DNA of 64,000 nucleotides from an uncultured Erysipelotrichaceae bacterium (GCA_902764145.1 CACWUS010000001.1:21678-85677); one strand, 5' to 3'; numbered from the stretch's first letter, positions 37,826 to 48,163 are shown. A program made the numbers and translations. The notes: generated by a model from the sequence alone, not told the origin.

Positions 37826-38926
37826 CTATTTTGCATTCTTATCTATTTCTATTATTATTTGATATTTATCAGGTAAATCCACTTCATGTTTTTTAACCAG
37901 TGGACTATTTATTGAATAAATAAATTCCCTAATTTCTGAAATCATTTTTGGCAAATGAGAAGAATAAATACTGTTATCTTTTATATCAATTTCTTCTTTT
38001 TTATTATCTTCTTCATTTTCCTTTATTTCTTCCATATGACTACCTAAATCAATGAAATTATTTTTATTATTATTTAAATCATTATTGATAATATTATCAT
38101 AATAACTTTCTTGTTTGTTTTGTACTTCTTTCTCTATTCTTCTTATACTGTCTTCAAATCTTACTTGAAATGGATTCATTTCTTCTCTTTGTTTTTCTAC
38201 ATCTTCATTCAAATTATCTTCTTGAATAACAAATTTTGGCTTTTTATCTTCTATATTAGATATTTCATTGTTCTCAATAAACTTTCTTATTCCTTCTGGA
38301 ATATCATCTTCTATTGAACTTTTATTTAATAATTTACTTATTTCATCTTCTGTTTGCCTAACTGTTAATTTTTCACTTATTATTCTATTTAATAATTCAA
38401 TTTGTTTTTCAGAATCATTTAATGATAACAAACTCCTAGCATGTCTTTCGGATATTTTATTATATAATAAGGCATCTTGAACTTTTTTAGGTAAATTTAA
38501 TAACCTGATTTTGTTAGCTATAGATGATTGGCTCACTCCTAATTTATTAGATATTTCATCTTGTGTGAATCCCCTATCTATTAATTTTTTAAATGATTGA
38601 GCTTCTTCAATTACTGTTAAATTTTTTCTTTGTAAATTTTCAAGTAATGCTATTTCAGCACTAGTATTGTCATCAGTATTATTAATAATTGCTGGTATAG
38701 TTTTTAATCCTGCTAAAACAGAAGCCTTGTATCTTCTTTCACCCGCAATTATTTCATATTTATCTCCAATTTGCCTTAAAACTATTGGCTGAATAATACC
38801 ATATTTTACTATAGATTCTGATAAATCATTTAGTTCTTTTTCATCAAATGCCAATCTTGGTTGAAACCTATTAGGTAAAATATCTTCTACAGAAACATTA
38901 ACAATTTTATCTTTAAACTCATTCAT
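37826..38926 (-). CDS. noc: ParB-family protein of Noc type (nucleoid occlusion protein homolog) with a long internal insertion
   Basis: GERRYKAS and ENLQRKNL boxes. HTH region GVSQSSIANKIRLLNLP..KISERHARSL resembles B. subtilis Noc rather than Spo0J. C-terminus DKYQIIIEIDKNAK is Noc-like. Located after rsmG. Confidence 0.75.
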   Translation of the reverse strand: MNEFKDKIVNVSVEDILPNRFQPRLAFDEKELNDLSESIVKYGIIQPIVLRQIGDKYEIIAGERRYKASVLAGLKTIPAIINNTDDNTSAEIALLENLQRKNLTVIEEAQSFKKLIDRGFTQDEISNKLGVSQSSIANKIRLLNLPKKVQDALLYNKISERHARSLLSLNDSEKQIELLNRIISEKLTVRQTEDEISKLLNKSSIEDDIPEGIRKFIENNEISNIEDKKPKFVIQEDNLNEDVEKQREEMNPFQVRFEDSIRRIEKEVQNKQESYYDNIINNDLNNNKNNFIDLGSHMEEIKENEEDNKKEEIDIKDNSIYSSHLPKMISEIREFIYSINSPLVKKHEVDLPDKYQIIIEIDKNAK

Positions 38927-39030
38927 ACCCTTTTTCCTTTTTCCCTATTCTAAAATAATTTTAATTCATTTTTAAATTTTTATCAAGTAAATTTAAGATA
39001 TTTACATAAACATATAAAAAGTATGATTTT

Positions 39031-39735
39031 TTATTTCATACTTTCTTTTTTTATTATTTTATATTCTCTTGGATATTTATTATCTGTTTTTTTATTTTTT
39101 TTGAAAATAAGAATTGTTCTATTTGAACCATCAATAGGAAGCTTATAATTTATCTTATTTTCTAATAAATAACCAAGAATCTTCGCTTTATTAATAGATT
39201 TTTCTAATTCTTCATCAACATTAGCTTTTAATGGAATGAATAAACCATTTAATTTTAATGATGCTACTGATAATTCTAAAATAATATCTAGTGATGATAC
39301 AGCTCTACATGTAATAATATCAAAAACCTCTTTATTATTTTTTGCATATATTTCCATTCTATTATTTATTATTTCTACATTTTTTAAACCTAATTTATTT
39401 TTAATTTCATTTAGAAATAATATTTTTTTTGAATTAGATTCTATTAAAGTTATTTTCGACGTATTAAATATTATTGCTATAACCATTCCAGGAAAGCCTG
39501 CCCCTGTTCCAAAATCACATATTTTTTTGTTGCTTAAATTGATTGCTCTAATTAAACATAATGAATCATAAAAATGTTTTAAATAAATATCTGCTTCATC
39601 AAGAATTGTAGTTAAGTTAAATTTTTTGTTCCATTCTATTAATAAATTTTTATATTTTTCTAGTTTTTCTAATTGATCACTATTTAATTCTATATTAATT
39701 TTTTTACATTCTTTTATAAAAATTTCTTTATTCAT
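39031..39735 (-). CDS. rsmG: 16S rRNA (guanine527-N7)-methyltransferase
   Basis: Contains DFGTGAGFPG. Synteny mnmG-rsmG. Confidence 0.9.
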   Translation of the reverse strand: MNKEIFIKECKKINIELNSDQLEKLEKYKNLLIEWNKKFNLTTILDEADIYLKHFYDSLCLIRAINLSNKKICDFGTGAGFPGMVIAIIFNTSKITLIESNSKKILFLNEIKNKLGLKNVEIINNRMEIYAKNNKEVFDIITCRAVSSLDIILELSVASLKLNGLFIPLKANVDEELEKSINKAKILGYLLENKINYKLPIDGSNRTILIFKKNKKTDNKYPREYKIIKKESMK

Positions 39736-41599
39736 TATTATATTCCTTTTTTAAATAAACAAGTAACATTGTTATATCCGATGGATTAACACCACTAATT
39801 CTTGATGCTTGTCCTATTGTTATTGGTCTAATAAGAGATAGTTTTTGTTTTGCTTCCGTTGCTATATTTTTTACTTTATTATAATCAATATCTTCTGGTA
39901 TTTGCTTTTCCTCTAATTTTAACATTTTATTTACTTCAGATTTTGTTTTATTAATATATCCCTCATATTTTATATTTGTCTCAACTATATCTATAATTTC
40001 TTTTGATTCTTTTATATTTAAATATTTTAATAAATCTTGTAAGTCTATTTCTGGTCTTTTTATTAATTCTATTAATTTAATTTTTCCATTTATTAATGAA
40101 GAATTTTTGTTTTTTAAATAATTATTATTATTCATATTATTTTCAAAGAAATTATTATTTAAATATTTTTCTAAATCATTTATTTTTTTTAATTTTTCTT
40201 TATATATACTATATTTTTCATCATCTATTAATCCTAAACTTCTACCATACTCAGTTAATCTTAATGCAGCATTATCATGTCTTAATAATAATCTAAATTC
40301 TGCTCTTGATGTTAATAATCTATATGGCTCAGTTATTCCTTTATTAATTAAATCATCTATTAAAACACCAATATATGCTTCATTTCTTTTTAGAATGAAT
40401 GGACTTTTATTATCAATTTTTAATACAGCATTTATTCCTGCCATTAATCCTTGTGCAGCAGCTTCTTCATATCCACTTGTTCCATTAATTTGACCGGCAG
40501 TAAATAAACCATTTATTTTCTTTGTTTCTAAATTCATTTTAAGTTCAGTTGGATCTATGGCATCATATTCAATTGCATATCCATATTTAGTTATTATACA
40601 TTCTTTTAACCCATCCATTGTATGAAGTAGTTTTTCTTGAATATTATGAGGCATTGTAGTAGAAAAACCTCCAACATAATATTCAATATCATCGCTTCTT
40701 TCAGGTTCTAAAAATATTTGATGTCTATCTTTATCACTAAATTTTACAACCTTGTCTTCAATTGAAGGACAATATCTTGGACCAACTCCTTTTATCATTC
40801 CACTATAAAGAGCACATTTATCCAAATTTTCCTTTATTATTTTATGAGTTTCTGGGTTTGTATAAGTTAAATAACATGGTTTTTGATTTTCTACATCATA
40901 CGTTGGCTCGTAAAAATTACTAAAAGATAATTTTTCATTATCACCATACTCAATTTTAACTTCATCAAAGTTTATTGAACTCTTTAAGATTCTTGGTGGT
41001 GTTCCAGTTTTTAATCTTATTATTTTTAGTCCATTTTTTTTGAGAGATTCACTCAAAAACATTGAATTTTTTTCTCCATGTGGACCACCTTTATAACTTT
41101 CATGAGCGCATAAAATATCTGAATTTAAATAAGTCCCCGTTGTAAGAATTACACATTTGCTTTCTTCTTTTTTCCCATCTTCCGTAATAATACCTTTTAC
41201 TTCATTTTTTTCAACTATTAATTCTTTTACAAAATTTTCTTCGACATCTAAATTTTTTTGATTCTTTAATGTTTTTATCATTTCTTTAGGATAATTTACT
41301 TTACATCCTTGTGCCCTCAAAGATCTTACTCCTGGGCCTTTTTTAACATTTAACATTTTAATTTGTAATAATGTTTTATCGGTATTATAACCCATTTCTC
41401 CACCTAGAGCATCTATTTCTCTAACAACTATACCTTTAGCAGATCCACCTATAGATGGATTACATGGCATATCTGCTATATTTTTTATATTGCCAGTAAT
41501 TAACAATGTTTTTTTACCCATTCTAGCACTAGCTAAAGAAGCTTCACATCCTGCGTGACCTCCTCCAACTACAATAATATCGTATTTCATATATATCAT
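39728..41599 (-). CDS. mnmG: tRNA uridine 5-carboxymethylaminomethyl modification enzyme MnmG
   Basis: Contains YDIIVVGGGHAGCEA. Full-length GidA pattern. Alternative start at 41590. Confidence 0.95.
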   Translation of the reverse strand: MIYMKYDIIVVGGGHAGCEASLASARMGKKTLLITGNIKNIADMPCNPSIGGSAKGIVVREIDALGGEMGYNTDKTLLQIKMLNVKKGPGVRSLRAQGCKVNYPKEMIKTLKNQKNLDVEENFVKELIVEKNEVKGIITEDGKKEESKCVILTTGTYLNSDILCAHESYKGGPHGEKNSMFLSESLKKNGLKIIRLKTGTPPRILKSSINFDEVKIEYGDNEKLSFSNFYEPTYDVENQKPCYLTYTNPETHKIIKENLDKCALYSGMIKGVGPRYCPSIEDKVVKFSDKDRHQIFLEPERSDDIEYYVGGFSTTMPHNIQEKLLHTMDGLKECIITKYGYAIEYDAIDPTELKMNLETKKINGLFTAGQINGTSGYEEAAAQGLMAGINAVLKIDNKSPFILKRNEAYIGVLIDDLINKGITEPYRLLTSRAEFRLLLRHDNAALRLTEYGRSLGLIDDEKYSIYKEKLKKINDLEKYLNNNFFENNMNNNNYLKNKNSSLINGKIKLIELIKRPEIDLQDLLKYLNIKESKEIIDIVETNIKYEGYINKTKSEVNKMLKLEEKQIPEDIDYNKVKNIATEAKQKLSLIRPITIGQASRISGVNPSDITMLLVYLKKEYNNE

Positions 41600-42949
41600 C
41601 TACTTTCCAAGACAAAATTTACTGAAAATTTCATCTAATAATTCTTCCTTATATACATTTCCAGTAATTTCACCCAATGTTTCCCATAATAGTTTAATAT
41701 TTATTTCCATTAAATCAATAGGAATATCTTTTTTTATTTCATTTTCTATATCTTCTGATATTTTAAGACATTTTTTTAATAAAGAAATTTGTCTTACATT
41801 TGATATATAAGTAAAATCTGAATTAGAAATATCATCTAAATTAAACATTTCAAATATTTTTTGTTTTATTATTTCAACACAATTTTTATTTTTTGCACTA
41901 ATATTTAAACTATCATATTTTTCCAATTCTTTTACTTTTTTATTTCCTAAATCTATCTTATTATAAATAACCAATACTTTTTTATTTTTAATATTATCGA
42001 GTACCTTTTTATCTTCATAATCAAAATTACTAGATGAATCTAATACAAATAATACTAAGTCAGATTCTTTAATTTTACTTATACTTTTTTCAATTCCAAT
42101 TGATTCAACTAATTCATCCGTTTCTCGTATTCCAGCAGTATCATATAAATATACATCTATACCATTTATTAGTATATTTCCTTCAACTATATCTCTTGTT
42201 GTACCCTTTATATCAGTAACTATTGCTTTTTCTTCACCTAATAAAGAATTTAATATACTACTTTTTCCAACATTTGGCTTTCCAACTATTGCAACATTTA
42301 AACCATTTTTTACTATTAAACCATTGTTACTAGAATCAATTAATTCTTCTATTTTATTCTTAATTTCAATATTCTTTTCATTTATTAATTCTTTTGTAAC
42401 TATGACAGCATCTTCATATTCAGGATAATCTATATTTACTTCTATATTTGCAATTAATGATAATAATATTTCTCTTAAAGAATTTATTCTATTTGATATT
42501 TCTTTATCAATACCTTTCATAGACATTTTTCTTGCTGATTCAGTTTTTGCATTAATCATATCAGAAACTGATTCTGCTTCTATCAAATCTATTCTACCAT
42601 TTAAAAATGCTCTTTTTAAAAATTCACCAGGTTCTGCTAATCTTGCTCCATTGTTTAATAATAATTCCATTATTTTTTTTACTGGAGCTTTACCACCATG
42701 TGTATTTATTTCAACAATATCTTCAGTAGTAAAAGATCTAGGACTTTTAAAAACAGAAACTAAAACTTCATCTATTTTTTCTTTTTCATCTACAATAAAA
42801 CCATAAGTGATTGTATGTGATTCTTTTTTTGTTAAATCTTTATCAAATATTTTATTAACAATTTCTATGGATTTATTTCCACTAATTCTAATTAAATTAA
42901 TTGAACTTTCTCCAACTAATGTTCCAATAGCACAAATTGTATCATTCAT
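41600..42949 (-). CDS. mnmE: tRNA modification GTPase MnmE
   Basis: MNDTICAIGT start preceded by an AAGGGA RBS. Contains GKPNVGKSS and the C-terminal CLGK. Confidence 0.93.
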   Translation of the reverse strand: MNDTICAIGTLVGESSINLIRISGNKSIEIVNKIFDKDLTKKESHTITYGFIVDEKEKIDEVLVSVFKSPRSFTTEDIVEINTHGGKAPVKKIMELLLNNGARLAEPGEFLKRAFLNGRIDLIEAESVSDMINAKTESARKMSMKGIDKEISNRINSLREILLSLIANIEVNIDYPEYEDAVIVTKELINEKNIEIKNKIEELIDSSNNGLIVKNGLNVAIVGKPNVGKSSILNSLLGEEKAIVTDIKGTTRDIVEGNILINGIDVYLYDTAGIRETDELVESIGIEKSISKIKESDLVLFVLDSSSNFDYEDKKVLDNIKNKKVLVIYNKIDLGNKKVKELEKYDSLNISAKNKNCVEIIKQKIFEMFNLDDISNSDFTYISNVRQISLLKKCLKISEDIENEIKKDIPIDLMEINIKLLWETLGEITGNVYKEELLDEIFSKFCLGK

Positions 42950-43023
42950 ATATAGTCCCTTTCTTTCCACAAGATTATAGCATAATTGCATTTTATTGTA
43001 AATAAAAAGAGTATTTAGTACTC

Positions 43024-43647
43024 TTATTTTTCTTCAACATTCTCATTATATTTAATTACTACACATCTATTAGGTTCTTCTCCTTCACTTTCAGTAGTAA
43101 TGTATTTAAATCCTTGAAGTGCTGAATGAACAATTTTTCTTGTATATGCATCCATTGGATCTAATTTTACAGAAGACTTTGATAAAGTTACTTCTCTTGC
43201 TATTTTTTTAACTTTTTTTTCTAAAAAATATGTTTGTTTTTGTTTATAACCTTCAACATCTACAAATACATTTATATATAAATCTGTTGCATTAAATATT
43301 GCTTGTCTTAAATATATTTGAATTGAATCTAATATATGACCTTTTTTACCTATTAAAACCGAATTATTCTGTGAAAATATTTCATATTTAATTTGCCCAT
43401 CTCTAATTTTAGTTTCGATGTTTGTTTGTATATTTAATGATAGAAGTAACTCTTTTAATAATTCTTTTCCTAAACTTGCTATATCTGATAATTTAATTAC
43501 CTCTATAGTATATTTTTTACCACTAAATAATCCACCTTTTTCTTCATAATATTTAGTTATTACTTCATTTTCTTTTAATTTTAATTCATCTAATGCTTTT
43601 TCTAATAATCCTTCTTCACTCTTAGCTTGAAATTTGTACTTCTCCAT
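43024..43647 (-). CDS. khpB: Jag/KhpB RNA-binding protein (KH + R3H)
   Basis: R3H context LDPMDAYTRKIVHSAL. Synteny with yidC. Confidence 0.85.
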   Translation of the reverse strand: MEKYKFQAKSEEGLLEKALDELKLKENEVITKYYEEKGGLFSGKKYTIEVIKLSDIASLGKELLKELLLSLNIQTNIETKIRDGQIKYEIFSQNNSVLIGKKGHILDSIQIYLRQAIFNATDLYINVFVDVEGYKQKQTYFLEKKVKKIAREVTLSKSSVKLDPMDAYTRKIVHSALQGFKYITTESEGEEPNRCVVIKYNENVEEK

Positions 43648-43651
43648 AATT

Positions 43652-44560
43652 CTAATTCTTACCTTTCTTTAATAATAAATTTTGTATTACTGTAAAACCA
43701 TTTGATACAATCCAATATAATGCAATTGATGTTGGTAAACTAAATGAAACTATTGTTATAAATACAACCATAAATGTACTCATCATTTTCATTTGTTTTG
43801 CCTGAGCATCATCACCCGTATTATTCATATTTTTAAATGAATAATAAGTAGCTCCTAATATTAATAATATTAAAATTATATACCAATAATTTCCTTGACT
43901 AAATCCTTCTAAAGGTGTTGTTCCAAGATTGAAAACTAGAAAATCATTTTCAAAGAATGCAGGGACTCTATAAACTGCTTCTAAAAAAGCAAAGAATATT
44001 GGTAATTGAAGAAAAGCAAATAAACAACTAGACATAGGATTAATATTATATTTTTTGTATATTAACATCATTTCTTGACTTTTTGCCATCATTGATTCTT
44101 TGTCATCTTTTCCACTATATTTTTTCTCTAATCTATTTAAATCACTTTGAGCTTTCTTCATATTTTCACTCATATTAGTAGATTTTTTAGAAATTGGATA
44201 TAAAGCTAATCTAAGAATTAAACCAACAATCATTATTGCAAGACCATTATTTTTTACAATTAAACCAACTTTAACTATTATCCATGCTAATGGTTTAACA
44301 AAAAATGATGTCCATAAACCTTCATATCCCCCAGAATTAATTTTTAATTTTTTACATTCTGGTAATTTATCATATTCAACTAATAATTTATCAGGATTAT
44401 TTTTATAAATTTCTATTAATTCTTTACTTTCTGGCTTACAAAGAATATTTGAAACATATTGCTTTTGTGTTTTTTCATCTTCAGAAGTAATTGTAAATCT
44501 CTTTGTACAACCTCCAAGTGTTATTAAAATTAATAATAATATTAGTATTTTTTTATTCAT
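43652..44560 (-). CDS. yidC: YidC/SpoIIIJ membrane protein insertase (lipoprotein)
   Basis: Lipobox LGGC. YidC TM pattern. Confidence 0.9.
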   Translation of the reverse strand: MNKKILILLLILITLGGCTKRFTITSEDEKTQKQYVSNILCKPESKELIEIYKNNPDKLLVEYDKLPECKKLKINSGGYEGLWTSFFVKPLAWIIVKVGLIVKNNGLAIMIVGLILRLALYPISKKSTNMSENMKKAQSDLNRLEKKYSGKDDKESMMAKSQEMMLIYKKYNINPMSSCLFAFLQLPIFFAFLEAVYRVPAFFENDFLVFNLGTTPLEGFSQGNYWYIILILLILGATYYSFKNMNNTGDDAQAKQMKMMSTFMVVFITIVSFSLPTSIALYWIVSNGFTVIQNLLLKKGKN

Positions 44561-44561
44561 A

Positions 44562-44879
44562 TTATATTCCTTTCATTATTTTAAATAATTCATCATTAAT
44601 TATTTTATAATCAATATCTAAAATGGATTTCCTTAATATTATAACATAGTCACAAGAATTATTAAAACTATTTTTCATTAATATATCTTTAATTCTTCTT
44701 TTATACAAATTTCTAATATATGCTTTTCCTATCTTCTTACTTACACTAATACAATATCTATTATAATCATATTTATTAATAGCATAATAAATTATAAAAT
44801 ACTTATTAATGATTTTTTTTGATTTTTCTAATAATTTTTGAATTTCTTCATTCTTTTTAATAATATATTTTTTATTCAT
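44562..44879 (-). CDS. rnpA: RNase P protein component
   Basis: Basic 105-aa protein located between rpmH and yidC. Confidence 0.85.
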   Translation of the reverse strand: MNKKYIIKKNEEIQKLLEKSKKIINKYFIIYYAINKYDYNRYCISVSKKIGKAYIRNLYKRRIKDILMKNSFNNSCDYVIILRKSILDIDYKIINDELFKIMKGI

Positions 44880-44934
44880 ATTTCACCAACAAATTAATTA
44901 TATAAAAAAAATTACTTAATTAAAAGTAATTTAA

Positions 44935-45057
44935 TTATTTTGCTAATTCTTTTCTTCCTTTTGCTCTTCTAGATTTTAATACACTAGATCCTTTTCTAGA
45001 AAAGAAACCAGAAGTTTTACTTTTTTTACTGTTATTAGGTTGAAATGTTCTTTTCAT
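44935..45057 (-). CDS. rpmH: 50S ribosomal protein L34 (absent from the ORF track)
   Basis: Manual translation gives [49 protein letters not shown]. Confidence 0.9.
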   Translation of the reverse strand: MKRTFQPNNSKKSKTSGFFSRKGSSVLKSRRAKGRKELAK

Positions 45058-45409
45058 TAAATATTCCTCCGTTCTTTAATTGATGATTTTGATTATATAA
45101 TATCAATTAATATTTGTCAATTGTAATAATTAAAAATATTATGTTAACTTATCAACAGTATATTAACATTATTATGTTAACTTATCAACAACTTATTAAC
45201 ATAATATTTATTTTTTTATTACAAAATTGTTGATATTGTTAGTAATATATATTTTTGCCTTTAAAAACCAATATTTTTTTATTTACAAAATGTTTATAAA
45301 TTGTTAATATAATTGTTAATATTAATTTTTGTTTTGACATTAAAAAAAGTTGTCTTATAATTTAATTAGAAGGAATAAAAAGACTTTTTTTAGAAAGGAA
45401 TAGTAATTT
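45058..45409. other. oriC, upstream DnaA-box cluster and AT-rich unwinding region
   Basis: TTATCAACA at 45149-45157 and 45182-45190, each inside a perfect 20-bp direct repeat. TTATTAACA at 45193-45201. Inverted boxes at 45228-45236, 45302-45310 and 45314-45322. Confidence 0.75.
45334..45361 (+). promoter_or_regulatory. dnaA promoter
   Basis: TTGACA-16 nt-TATAAT. Confidence 0.55.
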
Positions 45410-46804
45410 ATGACAAATGATATCATTTGGGAAAAATTTTTGTCTATAATACAAAAAGAAGTATCACCAATTACTTTTAATTGTATTATTAAACAATTAA
45501 AACTATATTCATATAATAATAGTAAAATGATAATCACAACTTCAGAAAATAATGAATTACTATTAGAAAAAGTTAAACAGAATTATTCAAATTTAATAGA
45601 AAATATAATGAATGAAATCACACAAGATTCATGTGAAATACATTATTTATTAAAAAATGAAATAAATGATTCTACTAATATAATTGAAAATAATAATATA
45701 CAAACAAAGAATTTTGAAGAAACTTTAGAAAATGACTTATCAAATTATAAATATAATAGTAATTTTATATCAAAATATACATTTGATACATTTGTAGTTG
45801 GTGAATCAAATAAACTAGCTTATGGAACTGCTAAAGCGGTTGCTCAAAATCCAGGAAAATTATATAATCCCTATTTTATTTATTCAAATAGCGGACTTGG
45901 TAAAACTCACTTAATGCATGCAATTGGTAATTATATAGTTACTCATTCTGATAAAAGAGTCTTATATATAACAGCAGAACAATTTTCTAATGATTATATA
46001 TCAATAGTAAATACAAAAAATAGCAATAGCAATATTTCTTATTTAGAAGCTTTTAGAGAAAAATACAGAAATGTAGATGTATTAATGATAGATGATATAC
46101 AGTTTTTAGAAAAAAAAGAAAAATCTCAAGTTGAGTTTACTAATACTTTTAATGAATTATATTATAATGAAAAACAAATAATTATTGCATCTGATAAATC
46201 TATAGAAGATTATAAATATTTAGAAGATAGACTGAAAACTAGATTTAGATGGGGATTAACAGAATCAATTAGTCCCCCAGAATTAGAATTAAAGAAAAAT
46301 ATTATAAAGAATAAGATAATGGTTAATAATTTTGATCTTTATCTTGATGATTCTATTATTGATTATATTGCTAATAATTGTGGAAGTGATATTAGAAATA
46401 TTGAAAATTCAGTTACAAGATTAGTCGCATATAAATCTATATTTAATTTAGATGAAATAACACTAGGTATAGCAAAAGAAGCATTAAATGAATATACAGA
46501 CAAACCTATGTATAAAACAAACTCTGTTGAAAAGATAATTGATGTTGTTGCAAAATTCTATGGAATTGATAGTTCTATGATAAAAGGAAAAATGAAAAAG
46601 AAAAATATTGCTGATGCAAGAGCAATTACTATGTATTTAAGTAGAATATTAACAACTGAAAGTTTGCAGAGAATTGGTTTACTTATAGGAGGTAGAGATC
46701 ATTCAACAGTAATTTATTCTTATGAAAAAATATCAAATGAATTAAAAACAAATATTAAGTTACAAGAGGAAATAAGATTGTTAAAAAATAAAATAAGTGA
46801 ATAA
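45410..46804 (+). CDS. dnaA: Chromosomal replication initiator DnaA
   Basis: Contains GLGKTHLMHAIGN, DDIQFL and a domain IV HTH (DHSTVIYSYEKI). Confidence 0.97.
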   Translation: MTNDIIWEKFLSIIQKEVSPITFNCIIKQLKLYSYNNSKMIITTSENNELLLEKVKQNYSNLIENIMNEITQDSCEIHYLLKNEINDSTNIIENNNIQTKNFEETLENDLSNYKYNSNFISKYTFDTFVVGESNKLAYGTAKAVAQNPGKLYNPYFIYSNSGLGKTHLMHAIGNYIVTHSDKRVLYITAEQFSNDYISIVNTKNSNSNISYLEAFREKYRNVDVLMIDDIQFLEKKEKSQVEFTNTFNELYYNEKQIIIASDKSIEDYKYLEDRLKTRFRWGLTESISPPELELKKNIIKNKIMVNNFDLYLDDSIIDYIANNCGSDIRNIENSVTRLVAYKSIFNLDEITLGIAKEALNEYTDKPMYKTNSVEKIIDVVAKFYGIDSSMIKGKMKKKNIADARAITMYLSRILTTESLQRIGLLIGGRDHSTVIYSYEKISNELKTNIKLQEEIRLLKNKISE

Positions 46805-46935
46805 TTTATTAATTTTTAACAAAATAAAAGTGTTATTAACATCTTATAATCAAGAAAAAATAGACATTTATATAAGTTATTAACATAATCAACATTTAAT
46901 AATAATATTAATAATAAAAATAAGGAGGTTATAAA
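46805..46935. other. oriC, downstream DnaA-box cluster (dnaA-dnaN spacer)
   Basis: TTATTAACA at 46833-46841 and 46877-46885. TAATCAACA at 46886-46894. Confidence 0.55.
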
Positions 46936-48054
46936 ATGAAATTATTAATAGAAAAAAATAAATTATTAGAAAGTTTAAATCCTGTTAGTAGAGCGTTATC
47001 TACTAGAAATATTATTCCTGTATTAAATGGAATAAAATTTGAATTAAAGAAAGAGGGGTTATATTTAACAGCAACAGATAATGATATAACAATACAAAGC
47101 TTTATTGATAAGAAAAATATAAAAAGTATAGATGAAATAGGATGTTCAATTGTGTATGGTAAAACTTTATTAGAGATAATTAAAAGATTACCAGATACAG
47201 ATATATTAATTGAAAATTATGAAAGTAATGAAATATCATTCAAAACAAATACAGCATCATATAATTTTAATTGTTTTGCTATTGAAGACTTTCCTAATAT
47301 TAAATTAGATGACATGAAAGATCCTATAATTTTATCAAGTATTAAATTTAAAGAAGTAATAAATAAAACATCTTTTGCTTGTTCTGTTCAAGAAAGTAGA
47401 CCATTACTTACTGGTGTAAATATTAAAATTCAAGGTGACTTATTTGAATGTACAGCTACAGATTCATATAGATTATCTAAAGTTAGTATTAACATTAATA
47501 AAACTATTCAAAATAATATTAATATAGTTATACCAGCTAGAAATATTAATGAGTTTGCTAAAACAATTGAAGAAGATTGTGAAATGGAAATGTATGTATT
47601 TAATAATAAAGTTATATTTAAAAACAATAATTTAATATTTCAAACTTCTTTACTAAATGGAAATTATCCAAACACAGATAATTCAATAGCTAAAGAATTT
47701 AAATATATTGTAAAAGCTAATTTAAAAGATTTATTTAATACACTTGACAGAGCTTCTTTATTAACCCAATCTAAAGATAAAAATATAATAGATGTTGAAA
47801 TTAATAAAAATTATTTAACAATAAAAGCGACAAATATTGAAATGGGAAAAGTAGAAGAAAAAATAGAAATAGAAAATGAAACAAATAATTCAATAAAGAT
47901 ATCATTTAGTGCTAAATATATGTTAGAAGCATTAAAAATGTTTAATAATGAGTATGTATATTTATTATTAAATGGTGAAATAAATCCAATTGTATTAAGA
48001 GAAATAGATAATAAAGAGTTAACAGAATTAATTTTACCTATGAAAACTTATTAA
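46936..48054 (+). CDS. dnaN: DNA polymerase III beta sliding clamp
   Basis: Full-length DnaN pattern. AAGGAGG RBS. Confidence 0.95.
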   Translation: MKLLIEKNKLLESLNPVSRALSTRNIIPVLNGIKFELKKEGLYLTATDNDITIQSFIDKKNIKSIDEIGCSIVYGKTLLEIIKRLPDTDILIENYESNEISFKTNTASYNFNCFAIEDFPNIKLDDMKDPIILSSIKFKEVINKTSFACSVQESRPLLTGVNIKIQGDLFECTATDSYRLSKVSININKTIQNNINIVIPARNINEFAKTIEEDCEMEMYVFNNKVIFKNNNLIFQTSLLNGNYPNTDNSIAKEFKYIVKANLKDLFNTLDRASLLTQSKDKNIIDVEINKNYLTIKATNIEMGKVEEKIEIENETNNSIKISFSAKYMLEALKMFNNEYVYLLLNGEINPIVLREIDNKELTELILPMKTY

Positions 48055-48079
48055 AAAAACGATTTTCGTTTTTTTTTTA
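48053..48079 (+). terminator. Intrinsic terminator after dnaN
   Basis: AAAAAACGA-ttt-TCGTT-TTTTTTTTT. Confidence 0.7.
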
Positions 48080-48088
48080 TAATTTTTA

Positions 48089-48133
48089 GACAAAATGTGA
48101 CAAAATTCGACAAAAGAATTATGTTAGTATAAT
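48089..48133 (+). promoter_or_regulatory. Promoter region of the comK-like gene with three helically phased GACAAAA repeats
   Basis: GACAAAAT at 48089, GACAAAAT at 48099 and GACAAAAG at 48109, exactly 10 bp apart. TTCGACA at 48106-48112 sits at the -35 position. TATAAT at 48128-48133. Confidence 0.5.
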
Positions 48134-48163
48134 ATTCAATTTTTAAAGAAAGGGGGATAATTT

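Noticed and set aside
45355-45537. 60-aa minus-strand ORF across the dnaA start; also 8758-8958 (plus) in the rplM leader/promoter
   Set aside because: They overlap a well-supported gene start or promoter region, show no RBS, and have hydrophobic low-complexity translations.
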